Below are positions 36,866 through 45,449 of a stretch of DNA of 57,397 nt, piece after piece. The notes beneath the pieces were generated by a model. That model saw only the letters and a list, made by a program, of their open reading frames with translations, searched no databases and was not told where the DNA came from. Every line of letters begins with the position of its first letter. The first letter of the stretch is position 1. Source of the DNA: an uncultured Gammaproteobacteria bacterium. GTDB lineage: Bacteria > Patescibacteriota > Patescibacteriia > UBA1558 > GWA2-36-10. The position numbers and the translations under genes are program-made. The DNA lies in NCBI GenBank assembly GCA_964604515.1, contig CAZRZA010000003.1:1-57397 (forward strand). The letters run 5' to 3'.

Positions 36866-38005
36866 TTATTTCTTAAAATATTTTAATGTTTTCTGAGCTA
36901 ATATTAATGACTCTCCTTCGGGAGCTATTAATATTTTAGTCTTTTTTGGTATTACTAAATCTTTAATTACTAATTTTCTAATAATACTACTCTGAACACC
37001 TATGCCACCGGTAAAGACTAAAGCGTCTAGTTTTTTATTAAAACCAAGATAAGTAGCTAAATACTTTTGAATACTATATATAAATACATTTAAAGCTATT
37101 TTACTTCTTTCTTTTTCTAATTTAGTAAACTTCTTTTTACTTTGAAAACCTTTTACTTTATAATTATTAGCTCTTAATATTTCTCTTAAGTCTGTTAAAT
37201 TAGATAAACCATATAATCCTGATTCTTTATTAAATATTTCTTTTAATCTCTGAACTGATATCTTTAAATGATTTAAAAGATAAAAAGCAATAGCAGAGGG
37301 TATGGTTCCACTTCTAGTTGACATAGTTAAACCTTCATTAGGAGAAAAACCCATGGTAGTATCTATTACTTTACCATTCTTATACCAAGCAATACTATTA
37401 CCAGAGCCTAAATGACAAGTAATTATATTTAATTTCTTTAAAGGTTTCTTTAATTTTAAAGAAGTATATTGAGTGGCGAATTCATGACTTAAACCATGAA
37501 AACCATATCTTCTGATATGATATTTCTGATAGTATTTAAAGGGTAAAGAATATAAATAGGCTTTAATTGGTAAATCTTTATACCAAGCTGTATCAAAGCT
37601 AATAGACATTCTTATTCCTTTAAAATACTTTTTACTTAATTTAATTAATTCTAGAGTAAGAGGATTATGAAGAGGAGCAAAACTATTATATTTCTTTACT
37701 CTCTTTAGAAAAGAATTATTAATTTCTCTAGTTTTGGTAAATTCTAAACCGCCATGTACTAAACGAAAACCAATATATTTGATATTATATTCTTTTACTA
37801 TTTTAATTAATTCTAAATACCATTTCTGAAGATTATAATTATAATTATATATTCTATATTCTTTATTATTAATAGTTAAAGAACTTTTTTTATTACCCAA
37901 TATATTAAAAGATCCCTCTAATTCTTCTTTTAATTTAAAATCAAATAAAGAAAATTTCAAAGAAGAAGAACCACCGTTTATTATTAATATATAGTCTTTT
38001 TTCAT
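36866..38005 (-). CDS. ackA: Acetate (short-chain acid) kinase
   Basis: INGGSSSLKFSLF, HRYGFHGLSH, and ASKHA-fold motifs. Confidence 0.88.
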   Translation of the reverse strand: MKKDYILIINGGSSSLKFSLFDFKLKEELEGSFNILGNKKSSLTINNKEYRIYNYNYNLQKWYLELIKIVKEYNIKYIGFRLVHGGLEFTKTREINNSFLKRVKKYNSFAPLHNPLTLELIKLSKKYFKGIRMSISFDTAWYKDLPIKAYLYSLPFKYYQKYHIRRYGFHGLSHEFATQYTSLKLKKPLKKLNIITCHLGSGNSIAWYKNGKVIDTTMGFSPNEGLTMSTRSGTIPSAIAFYLLNHLKISVQRLKEIFNKESGLYGLSNLTDLREILRANNYKVKGFQSKKKFTKLEKERSKIALNVFIYSIQKYLATYLGFNKKLDALVFTGGIGVQSSIIRKLVIKDLVIPKKTKILIAPEGESLILAQKTLKYFKK

Positions 38006-38565
38006 ATTTTTAATTCTACTTCTGAACCATTCTTGATATTAAAAGCATTAGCTTCATCCGTATCTAAATGTAATCTAGTTTTAAAATTACCAATTCTAAT
38101 TACTATATTATCTAAAAGACCACCTCTTTTTCCTTTAATAATAGCTTTTACTTTTTGTTTATTCTTTAATTTATATTTTAAAGCTTCTTCTTTAGAAATA
38201 TGTAAATGCCTTTGCGCTACTATTACTCCTTCTTTAATCCTAATCTTTTTCCCTTTATTCTTTATTATTATCCCTGGAGTATTCTTATGATTACCAGATA
38301 ATCTAAGAACAGGTTTAATGCCTAAATAAAAACAATCGGAGAGAGATAATTCTAATTGAGTATCCTTTCTTTCTGGTCCTACTATTCTTATTTTTTGCAA
38401 AGAATTCTTAGATCCAATTACTGCTAAAGTTTCTTGACTAGCATATTGCTGAGGTTGAGAAATATTCTTTAATTTCTTTAATTGATAATCTTTAGTAAAA
38501 AGTTTATCTATATCTTTTCTAGATAAATGTAAATGTCTAGCTGAAATCTCTACTCTTACTTTCAT
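38002..38565 (-). CDS. pduL: Phosphate propanoyl/acetyl-transferase, PduL type
   Basis: Two PduL repeats: ISARHLHLSRKDIDKLF and AQRHLHISKEEA. Confidence 0.85.
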   Translation of the reverse strand: MKVRVEISARHLHLSRKDIDKLFTKDYQLKKLKNISQPQQYASQETLAVIGSKNSLQKIRIVGPERKDTQLELSLSDCFYLGIKPVLRLSGNHKNTPGIIIKNKGKKIRIKEGVIVAQRHLHISKEEALKYKLKNKQKVKAIIKGKRGGLLDNIVIRIGNFKTRLHLDTDEANAFNIKNGSEVELKI

Positions 38566-39533
38566 AACTTCTTTTTCTTTAATAATCCTTCTTGGGCTCC
38601 TATTTTCATTATCACTGCATTACTATTTAAAATAGCTAAATGTAAAGCTTTCTTTAAATTCCAATTGTATTTAATAAGACCAGCTATTAAAGCAGAACCA
38701 AAAGCATCTCCTGCTCCAGTTGTATTAATACCCTTTCTTTTTAAAGCAGCTTCATAATATACTTTTTGACCATCATATATATAAGCACCCTGAGGTCCAT
38801 CGGTAATAACTGTTAAATATTGACCATATTGATGCAATTCTTTAATATTCTTCTTGATATTATTCTTAGTCTTTTTATTAATACTATATAATAATTCTAA
38901 AGCTTCATCTCTATTTACTATTAAGACAGTAGTATTCTTTAAGTATTTAGCTAATTTCTTTAAACCTAATTTTAATTGATTAGTACCAGGGTTCCAAGCT
39001 ATGCTAATATCTTTTTGCATACTATGTAGAAAGATATTATTTAATTTAGGAATAAAATTAGCAGATAAAGATGTTAAATATATCCAAGGTGTCTTTATCT
39101 TCTGAACTATACTCTGGCTTAAATCTAGAGCAGAATTAGCACCACGATAAGCGAAAATAACATGTTCTTTATTCTGACCAACATTAACAATAAAAGAAAT
39201 ACCAGTATTTAATTTCTTATTCCTTTGTATTAATTTAATATTTACTCCCGCCCTTTTCATATTTCTAATAATACTATTACCAACATCATCTAATCCTAAA
39301 GATAATATAGTTTGTGTTTTAAGACCTAAAGAAGCTAAAGAAATAGCTGTATTAGCTCCTCCTCCTCCATAAGTAAGGAAAACATCATTACTATATAATT
39401 TAGCCCCGTATTCAAAAGCAATAAGCTTTTGCCGCAGTAAATCTTTTTTATTATCAATTAAAAGCATATCATCTGTATAAAACATAATATCTTTAGTAGC
39501 TCCCCCAATTGTTGTAATTTTATTTTTTAACAT
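38562..39533 (-). CDS. PfkB-family carbohydrate kinase
   Basis: GGGGANTA and TGAGDAFGSALIAG signatures. Confidence 0.85.
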   Translation of the reverse strand: MLKNKITTIGGATKDIMFYTDDMLLIDNKKDLLRQKLIAFEYGAKLYSNDVFLTYGGGGANTAISLASLGLKTQTILSLGLDDVGNSIIRNMKRAGVNIKLIQRNKKLNTGISFIVNVGQNKEHVIFAYRGANSALDLSQSIVQKIKTPWIYLTSLSANFIPKLNNIFLHSMQKDISIAWNPGTNQLKLGLKKLAKYLKNTTVLIVNRDEALELLYSINKKTKNNIKKNIKELHQYGQYLTVITDGPQGAYIYDGQKVYYEAALKRKGINTTGAGDAFGSALIAGLIKYNWNLKKALHLAILNSNAVIMKIGAQEGLLKKKKL

Positions 39534-39539
39534 AAATAT

Positions 39540-39548
39540 ATTATATCA
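39540..39548 (-). promoter_or_regulatory. Extended -10 (TGA TATAAT), 6 nt upstream of the pfkB ATG; leaderless candidate
   Basis: Minus strand reads TGATATAAT-ATATTT-ATG, the same 15-mer as at 7566..7580. Confidence 0.5.
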
Positions 39549-39552
39549 TAAA

Positions 39553-40011
39553 TTATTTCTTACTAATAATATAATAACTAGCAATACCTAAAGCTATACC
39601 AACATTTAAAGATTCTTTTAAACCATTCATTGGTAAAGATATCTTTTTTTCTACATTCTTTAAAATAGCAGAAGACAATCCTTTAACTTCATTGCCAACT
39701 ATTAAAGCTAAAGGAAACTTTGGTTTATATTTTAAATAGTCAATACTATCTTGACCGGTTTCTAAAGCTATTATATTAATATTTTCTTTTTTTAATTTTT
39801 TTATTAAATAATTTAAAGAAGAATAATGCTGCCAAGCTACAGACTCCTCTGCTCCTAAAGCTACTTTAGATATTTCTTTGCGAGGAGGATAACCAGAATA
39901 ACCAGTTAAAAATAATTTTTTGACACCTAAACCATCTGCCGTTCTAAAGATAGTACCAATATTATATAGGCTACGAATATTATGAGCTATTATGTATAAA
40001 TCCTTATTCAT
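39553..40011 (-). CDS. SpoU/TrmH-family RNA 2'-O-methyltransferase
   Basis: NIGTIFRTADGLG, LIVGNEVKGLS and SLNVGIALGI motifs (SPOUT knot). Confidence 0.85.
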   Translation of the reverse strand: MNKDLYIIAHNIRSLYNIGTIFRTADGLGVKKLFLTGYSGYPPRKEISKVALGAEESVAWQHYSSLNYLIKKLKKENINIIALETGQDSIDYLKYKPKFPLALIVGNEVKGLSSAILKNVEKKISLPMNGLKESLNVGIALGIASYYIISKK

Positions 40012-41605
40012 TACGATATATGTCTTCTTTCTTTTCTTTCATAAAGTCTAACCAATCTTCAAAACCAGCCATAAACATTTTAAAAGGAGCTTCGATTATA
40101 AAGTCCATAATAAAAGCAAAAATATTTATTTTCTTAAACTTAGTAGATAAATAATGACCAACGGCTATTAAAGGCAAGGAAAAGAAGTTTATTAAAAAAG
40201 AAATTGGCCCTTCTTTCTTTTGCACAGCCTTATACTCTTTAGCAGTATTTCTAATACGAGAAGCAAAGAAAGAAACAGCTGTTAAAAAGAATATGAATAG
40301 TCCTCCAGACAAGATATTAAAGTCTAAATATTGTAAACCTCTAATAACTACACCAAAAACAAAAATATATAAAGCCGCATAAAGAGTATAATAGAACATC
40401 TTAAAACCTAAGGTACTACGATATTTAGCTTTTAATTTACAAAGAAGAGAGTCTTCTTTTTTATTATATATTAAATTATGTAAATTCTCTAAAATCTTTT
40501 TTGTATTCTCTTTACTAGGAGGAATAATAGTTAAAGCGATAATAAGCATTAATAATGGTGGAAAAATAATATTAATAGCTAAATTAATATAATTAACACC
40601 ATTTAAAAACCATATTTCATAGGGTATTTCTAAAATAACAGCTAATAATACTTTAGTTAAGAAAATATAAATAATAGCTCTAATTGAAGAAGAGGTAATT
40701 TTCTTTCTAATTAATTTATATTTATTATTTAATAATATTTTAGACTCTGCTTCTAAAAGATTAGGCTGACTTAAAAGATCCTCTAATTCTAATCCTTTTT
40801 TTAATATCAATTCATATAATATCTTAAAAGTAATTACAGGTTCTTTTAAAGAATTAAATAATTTCTGTTGATAAGGATGATTTAAATGATGCTGCATAGT
40901 ATTATAAATAGAAGGAAAGTCAGAGGCTAACATCTTTATCAAGCTATCATCAGCTTTTTGCCAGTGAGGAAAATATAAATTTAATAAATGATAAGAAATA
41001 ATAGTATCATCAGACTTTACTAAAGATTTATGAACAGCAATATATAATTGAATATCCTTTTCTCTAATATCTAATTCATCTCCTTTAAATTTAATACGAT
41101 TTTTAGTAACTTGATACATAGCTTCAACCACAGCATCTTCTATGCTTTCTGGATTAAGAAGCATATCTATTTCTGAAGCCTCAACACCCACTAACCAATC
41201 AAAATAATCTTTTCTTTCTGAACCATGATAAATATCATTTAAAATAGTATATAATTTATTATACTTAGTTATTATTCTTTCTAAAGAATGTACTTTATTA
41301 TCTGGCACAGTATTATTTAATAAATACCTACTCCTAATCATATCCTTAATTAAACTACGCGCTATACTAGGCTTAAGAGTTTCTAATACTAATCTTCTTT
41401 TTAAATTTCTTTCAATAGCAAATCTCCTTAAAAGATGTACCTCTTTAAAGTCAACGCTATTTCTTAATTTTTCATAAAAAGCAGAAACATGTCCTGTTAC
41501 TTCATTGACCTCAATCTTCTCTTCAGCTTCATTATCTATTTGCTTCTGTTGATAGATATTCTTTATTTTTTGATATAAAACAATTATTTCTTCTGAAATT
41601 TTCAT
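40004..41605 (-). CDS. Large membrane protein: ~300-aa soluble N-domain plus about 5-6 TM helices; unknown function
   Basis: ORF track. Resemblance to the Pfam SpecificRecomb-type membrane family is only a vague recollection. Confidence 0.7.
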   Translation of the reverse strand: MKISEEIIVLYQKIKNIYQQKQIDNEAEEKIEVNEVTGHVSAFYEKLRNSVDFKEVHLLRRFAIERNLKRRLVLETLKPSIARSLIKDMIRSRYLLNNTVPDNKVHSLERIITKYNKLYTILNDIYHGSERKDYFDWLVGVEASEIDMLLNPESIEDAVVEAMYQVTKNRIKFKGDELDIREKDIQLYIAVHKSLVKSDDTIISYHLLNLYFPHWQKADDSLIKMLASDFPSIYNTMQHHLNHPYQQKLFNSLKEPVITFKILYELILKKGLELEDLLSQPNLLEAESKILLNNKYKLIRKKITSSSIRAIIYIFLTKVLLAVILEIPYEIWFLNGVNYINLAINIIFPPLLMLIIALTIIPPSKENTKKILENLHNLIYNKKEDSLLCKLKAKYRSTLGFKMFYYTLYAALYIFVFGVVIRGLQYLDFNILSGGLFIFFLTAVSFFASRIRNTAKEYKAVQKKEGPISFLINFFSLPLIAVGHYLSTKFKKINIFAFIMDFIIEAPFKMFMAGFEDWLDFMKEKKEDIYRNE

Positions 41606-41659
41606 ATTTTATTTAAGTAATACAATATATAAAATACCATATTTTAATATTTTTTTCAA

Positions 41660-41687
41660 TTGCTAAAATTATTAATTTTGCTATAAT
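41660..41687 (+). promoter_or_regulatory. Promoter TTGCTA-16-(TGC)TATAAT upstream of the ZIP transporter locus
   Basis: Read directly. The -10 ends 6 nt before the ATG at 41694. Confidence 0.6.
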
Positions 41688-41693
41688 ATAATT

Positions 41694-41804
41694 ATGAATG
41701 ATGAAAGAAGTTTAAAATTATTTACTATCTTTGTAAGTTTAATGATTATTACAACTACTTTTTTAATTGCTATTCAAGAATTATTTTATTATTTTAATAA
41801 TTAA
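41694..41804 (+). CDS. Candidate leaderless 36-aa single-TM micro-ORF (MNDERSLKLFTIFVSLMIITTTFLIAIQELFYYFNN)
   Basis: Hand translation. It ends 4 nt before the ZIP ATG. It could equally be just the 5' UTR. Confidence 0.3.
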   Translation: MNDERSLKLFTIFVSLMIITTTFLIAIQELFYYFNN

Positions 41805-41808
41805 ACTC

Positions 41809-42573
41809 ATGTTATTTCAAATTATTATTGCTACCTTAGCTGTTTCTTTATTATCTTTTATTGGTTTAAGTATTTTCTTTAAGAAAAGTTATACTAAAAA
41901 AATAATGGAAGGCACTATTTCTTTAGCGGCTGCTGTTCTCTTGGGTAATGTCTTTTTTCATTTATTACCAGAAGTATTAGAAACAGCTCAGAATATTGAT
42001 TTTTCTTTTGAAACTATTTCTTTATATATCTTATTATCTATAGTAATATTCTTTTTTACAGAAAAATATTTACATTGGCACCATTGTCATGATCATCATG
42101 ATCATCATCAAAAATGTATTCATCCCATGGGTTATAATATTTTAATTGGTGATGCTTTACATAATTTTATTGACGGTATGGCTATTGCTACTAGTTTTAT
42201 TTTAGGAACCGAAATAGGTATTATGACTACTATCGCTATTGCTCTTCATGAAATACCGCAAGAAATTGGTGACTTCTCTTTATTATTACATTCTGGTTTT
42301 TCTAAATTTAAAGCTTTACTCTGGAACTTTATTTCTGCTCTCATGGCTCTTTTAGGTGGTCTATTAGCTTATTTCTATGCGCAAAGTATAGAACAACAAA
42401 TATTACTTACTTCTTTGGCTATTGGCTCTTTTCTTTATATTTCTATGTCTGATATTATTCCTCATTTACATGAAGGAGAAAGTAAGCATCATATTCAACA
42501 AATAGTCTGGTTTATCATTGGTTTAATTATTATCTATTACTCCTCTACTATCTTTCATTTATTAGTTCATTAA
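41809..42573 (+). CDS. ZIP-family divalent metal transporter (ZupT-like)
   Basis: HEIPQEIGDF signature and His-rich loop HWHHCHDHHDHHQKCIH. The ATG at 41809 is preferred over the TTG at 41767. Confidence 0.88.
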   Translation: MLFQIIIATLAVSLLSFIGLSIFFKKSYTKKIMEGTISLAAAVLLGNVFFHLLPEVLETAQNIDFSFETISLYILLSIVIFFFTEKYLHWHHCHDHHDHHQKCIHPMGYNILIGDALHNFIDGMAIATSFILGTEIGIMTTIAIALHEIPQEIGDFSLLLHSGFSKFKALLWNFISALMALLGGLLAYFYAQSIEQQILLTSLAIGSFLYISMSDIIPHLHEGESKHHIQQIVWFIIGLIIIYYSSTIFHLLVH

Positions 42574-42593
42574 AGAAAATAAATTAATACACA

Positions 42594-42619
42594 AAAACAA
42601 GGTCAAAACCTTGTTTTTA
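42594..42619. terminator. Intrinsic terminator after the ZIP gene
   Basis: AAAAACAAGG-tcaaaa-CCTTGTTTTT. Confidence 0.7.
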
Positions 42620-42641
42620 TACTATCTATATAATTTATTAA

Positions 42642-42715
42642 TGGCTCGGAGACAGGGGATCGAACCCCGATTGCCTGGACCAAAACCAGGTGTCCTACCA
42701 TTAGACGATCTCCGA
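42642..42715 (-). tRNA. tRNA-Gln (anticodon UUG), CCA encoded
   Basis: Cloverleaf by hand: TCGGAGA/TCTCCGA acceptor, CCTGG-TTTTGGT-CCAGG anticodon arm, CGGGG-TTCGATC-CCCTG T arm. Confidence 0.9.
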
Positions 42716-42761
42716 ATATGCATATAATACTAATCTTTTTTAAACAAAATGTCAATTACTA

Positions 42762-42790
42762 TTGACCTTATATCAATTTAATGTTATGAT
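42762..42790 (+). promoter_or_regulatory. Promoter TTGACC-17-TATGAT
   Basis: Read directly. No protein gene follows before a strong terminator. Confidence 0.6.
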
Positions 42791-42796
42791 ATGCCT

Positions 42797-42925
42797 GTTA
42801 TGTTCTTTAGCCATAAGCACTGTACATTGTGCTTATCTCCTGAGAATGGGTCTGAAGATTGTTAGCTGAAGCAATAGATATCCTTTCTCACCCCCGTCTT
42901 ATAAATATAAGACGGGGGTTTTTGT
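42797..42925 (+). ncRNA. Candidate ~130-nt small RNA with three stem-loops (unknown family)
   Basis: Hairpin 1 is ATAAGCAC-tgtacatt-GTGCTTAT. Hairpin 2 is a long imperfect stem TGAGAATGGG...CCTTTCTCA containing two CTGAAG copies. Hairpin 3 is the terminator CCCCCGTCTTAT-aaat-ATAAGACGGGGG plus T-run. Confidence 0.5.
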
Positions 42926-42992
42926 TTTATTAAATAAAGTGCTATACTAAATTTAGTACATTAATAATAAAAAAAAGGAGACAAAAAGTATC

Positions 42993-43328
42993 ATGAATAA
43001 TAATCAAAAAGTAGAAGAAGAAATAATTTCTTTAATAGTTGAAAACTTAGCAATACCAAGAAAGAATATAGAAACAATTATTGAATATCAAAAAAGAAAA
43101 AAGATTAATTATTTAGTAATAGTTAATGAAAATTCCTGTTGGTATGAGAATAAACTTCTAACAGGAGAAGAAATAATGACTATTACTGAAACAACCGCCC
43201 ATAATCTCATCAAAAAAGAAAGTAAGTTTATTATCAAAGCTATTAAAAATGGAGAAGCAATTCATAATGAACTTGGTTTAATAAAGTTAAGAAAAAAAAT
43301 AAAAGAAACAGAAATGATGCCTGTTTAA
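42993..43328 (+). CDS. Hypothetical 111-aa protein, paralog A
   Basis: SD AAGGAG and its own terminator. It shares MNN..I.TII.Y.K..K.NYLV..NE..W...NGE.I.NE with paralog B. Confidence 0.7.
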   Translation: MNNNQKVEEEIISLIVENLAIPRKNIETIIEYQKRKKINYLVIVNENSCWYENKLLTGEEIMTITETTAHNLIKKESKFIIKAIKNGEAIHNELGLIKLRKKIKETEMMPV

Positions 43329-43330
43329 AG

Positions 43331-43361
43331 AAAAAGGGAATTCTAATGAATTCCCTTTTTC
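43331..43361 (+). terminator. Intrinsic terminator of paralog A
   Basis: AAGGGAATTC-taat-GAATTCCCTTTTT. Confidence 0.8.
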
Positions 43362-43421
43362 TTTACAAAATTAATAAAATATATTAGCCTATTTATAGTA
43401 CATTAATAAAAAGGAGCTAAA

Positions 43422-43766
43422 ATGAATAATAAAGAAATAAAAGAAAAAATATTTACTTTAACAAAATATAAAGCAGCTGCTAATCCTAAGGATATTAAAA
43501 CAATTATTAAATATCACAAAAATAATAAAGATAATTATTTAGTATTATTAGAAAATGAATATGGTAAATGGTCTGGTAGCTCTCTTACTACTTTTTTATC
43601 AGGAGAAAATGTTTTAATTATTGGTAATCTTTCTTTAAATAAATCTTTAGAAAACCTAGAAAACTCTCTTGTAAATACTATTATGAATGGCGAAACTATT
43701 TACAATGAAGATATTCTACCAGAATTAAAAGATAAAATACTCAAAGAAAGAATGAAGTTATTCTAA
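43422..43766 (+). CDS. Hypothetical 114-aa protein, paralog B
   Basis: SD AAGGAG and a near-identical terminator. See paralog A. Confidence 0.7.
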   Translation: MNNKEIKEKIFTLTKYKAAANPKDIKTIIKYHKNNKDNYLVLLENEYGKWSGSSLTTFLSGENVLIIGNLSLNKSLENLENSLVNTIMNGETIYNEDILPELKDKILKERMKLF

Positions 43767-43770
43767 ATAT

Positions 43771-43799
43771 AAAGGGAATTCTAGTGAATTCCCTTTTTC
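43771..43799. terminator. Intrinsic terminator of paralog B, also serving convergent pyrG
   Basis: AAAGGGAATTC-tagt-GAATTCCCTTTTT. Confidence 0.8.
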
Positions 43800-43801
43800 T
43801 T

Positions 43802-45409
43802 TTACTTTAAACAAGCTTTAATAAATGCTTTAAATAAAGGATGAGGTTTTAAGGGTCGAGATTTAAACTCTGGATGAAATTGAGTAGCAATAAAGAAAGG
43901 ATGATCTTTTAATTCTATAATTTCTATTAATTTTTTATTGGGGGAAATACCAGCAAATAGTAAACCATTGTTTTCTAATATTTCTTTATATTCCATATTA
44001 AATTCATAACGATGTCTATGTCTTTCATTTATCTTTTCTGTTTTATATGCTTGATAGCTTTTACTCTTTTTATTTAAAAGACAGGGATAAGAACCTAATC
44101 TTAAGGTACCTCCCTTATCTTCTTCTTCAGTATGACCAGGCAGAATATGAATAATAGGGTTTTTTGTTTTAGCATCAAATTCTGTAGAATTAACATCTTC
44201 TTCTTTTAAAATATGACGAGCAAATTCTATAGTTGCTATTTGCATTCCTAAGCATAAACCTAAATATGGTTTCTTTTTTTCTCGTGCATATTTAGCTGCT
44301 AATATTTTACCCTCTATACCTCGCTGACCAAAGCCCCCCGGAACCAAAATACCAGCTACTTTCTTTAATTTATTCATTTCTTTTCTATCTCTCTTTTCTA
44401 ATTTAACAGCATCTATCCAAGTTAATGATAAATAGGAATTATGATTATAGCAAGAAGAATTTAAAGCTTCGACCACAGATAAATAAGCATCTATATTCTC
44501 TGTATATTTACCTACTAAACCAATATTTATCTTTTTCTTATCCCTGCTCTTTACTTTTTTAACAAATTTTGTCCACTCTTTTAAATTAGGTTTTCTTTTA
44601 GGTAATTTAAGATTTTCAAAAATAATTTCTGAAAGATTATATTTCTTTTCAAACTCTAAAGGTACTTCATAGATACTCTTTAAGGTTAAAGCAGGTATTA
44701 CTGCTTTTTCTGCAACATCAGCAAATAATGATATTTTTTTTATAATATCTTTATCTAATTTATGATCACTACGACAAAGTATAATATCAGGCTGTATACC
44801 TCTTTTATATAATTCTCGTACTGAAGCTTGTGTCGGTTTACTCTTTAATTCTTGACTAGCCTTTAAATATGGTAATAATGTTAAATGAATAAAAAGAACA
44901 TTTTCTGAACCCATTTCTCTTTGAAATTGTCTAGCAGCTTCTAAAAAAGGTTCCCCTTCTATATCACCTACTGTACCTCCTAACTCTAATAATAAGAAGT
45001 CCGTTTTACTTTCTTGAGATGCTTTTTTAATATATTCTTTAATCGTATCTGTAATATGAGGAATAATTTGTATTGTTTTTCCTAAATAATATCCTTCTCT
45101 TTCTCTCTTTAATACTTTTTCATATACCCTACCAGTTGTTAAATTAGATAATTTAGATAAATTAATATCAATAAATCTTTCATAATGTCCTAAATCTAAA
45201 TCTGTTTCTGCACCATCATCAGTAACATATACTTCTCCATGTTGATAGGGACTCATTGTTCCGGGATCTATATTTAAATAAGGGTCTAATTTAGAAGTAA
45301 AAACAGAATAATTTGCTACTTTTAATAAAGTACCAATAGAAGCGGAAGCGATGCCCTTACCTAAACCTGAACAGACACCGCCAGTTATAAAAATATATTT
45401 TGTTTTCAT
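43802..45409 (-). CDS. pyrG: CTP synthase
   Basis: N-terminal synthetase ITGGVCSGLGKG and C-terminal GATase (GLCLGMQ, HRHRYE). Confidence 0.95.
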   Translation of the reverse strand: MKTKYIFITGGVCSGLGKGIASASIGTLLKVANYSVFTSKLDPYLNIDPGTMSPYQHGEVYVTDDGAETDLDLGHYERFIDINLSKLSNLTTGRVYEKVLKREREGYYLGKTIQIIPHITDTIKEYIKKASQESKTDFLLLELGGTVGDIEGEPFLEAARQFQREMGSENVLFIHLTLLPYLKASQELKSKPTQASVRELYKRGIQPDIILCRSDHKLDKDIIKKISLFADVAEKAVIPALTLKSIYEVPLEFEKKYNLSEIIFENLKLPKRKPNLKEWTKFVKKVKSRDKKKINIGLVGKYTENIDAYLSVVEALNSSCYNHNSYLSLTWIDAVKLEKRDRKEMNKLKKVAGILVPGGFGQRGIEGKILAAKYAREKKKPYLGLCLGMQIATIEFARHILKEEDVNSTEFDAKTKNPIIHILPGHTEEEDKGGTLRLGSYPCLLNKKSKSYQAYKTEKINERHRHRYEFNMEYKEILENNGLLFAGISPNKKLIEIIELKDHPFFIATQFHPEFKSRPLKPHPLFKAFIKACLK

Positions 45410-45420
45410 ATTATTTATTT

Positions 45421-45447
45421 AAAAACTCCCTTTTAAGGGGAGCTAAA
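45421..45447 (-). terminator. Intrinsic terminator after rplI
   Basis: Minus strand reads CTCCCC-ttaaaa-GGGAG plus TTTTT. Confidence 0.6.
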
Positions 45448-45449
45448 AA

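Noticed and set aside
42797-42925. Identity of the 130-nt candidate RNA as SRP (4.5S) RNA, because of a GAAGCA element.
   Set aside because: SRP RNA is a single long hairpin with paired 5' and 3' ends and a GGUCC-GNRA-GGAAGCAG apex. This transcript folds as three separate hairpins and lacks that apex.
42642-43799. A genomic island integrated at tRNA-Gln (small orphan genes next to a tRNA).
   Set aside because: There is no integrase, recombinase or transposase, and I saw no direct repeat of the tRNA 3' end. The orphan genes also lie on the 5' side of the tRNA, not at its 3' end where islands integrate.
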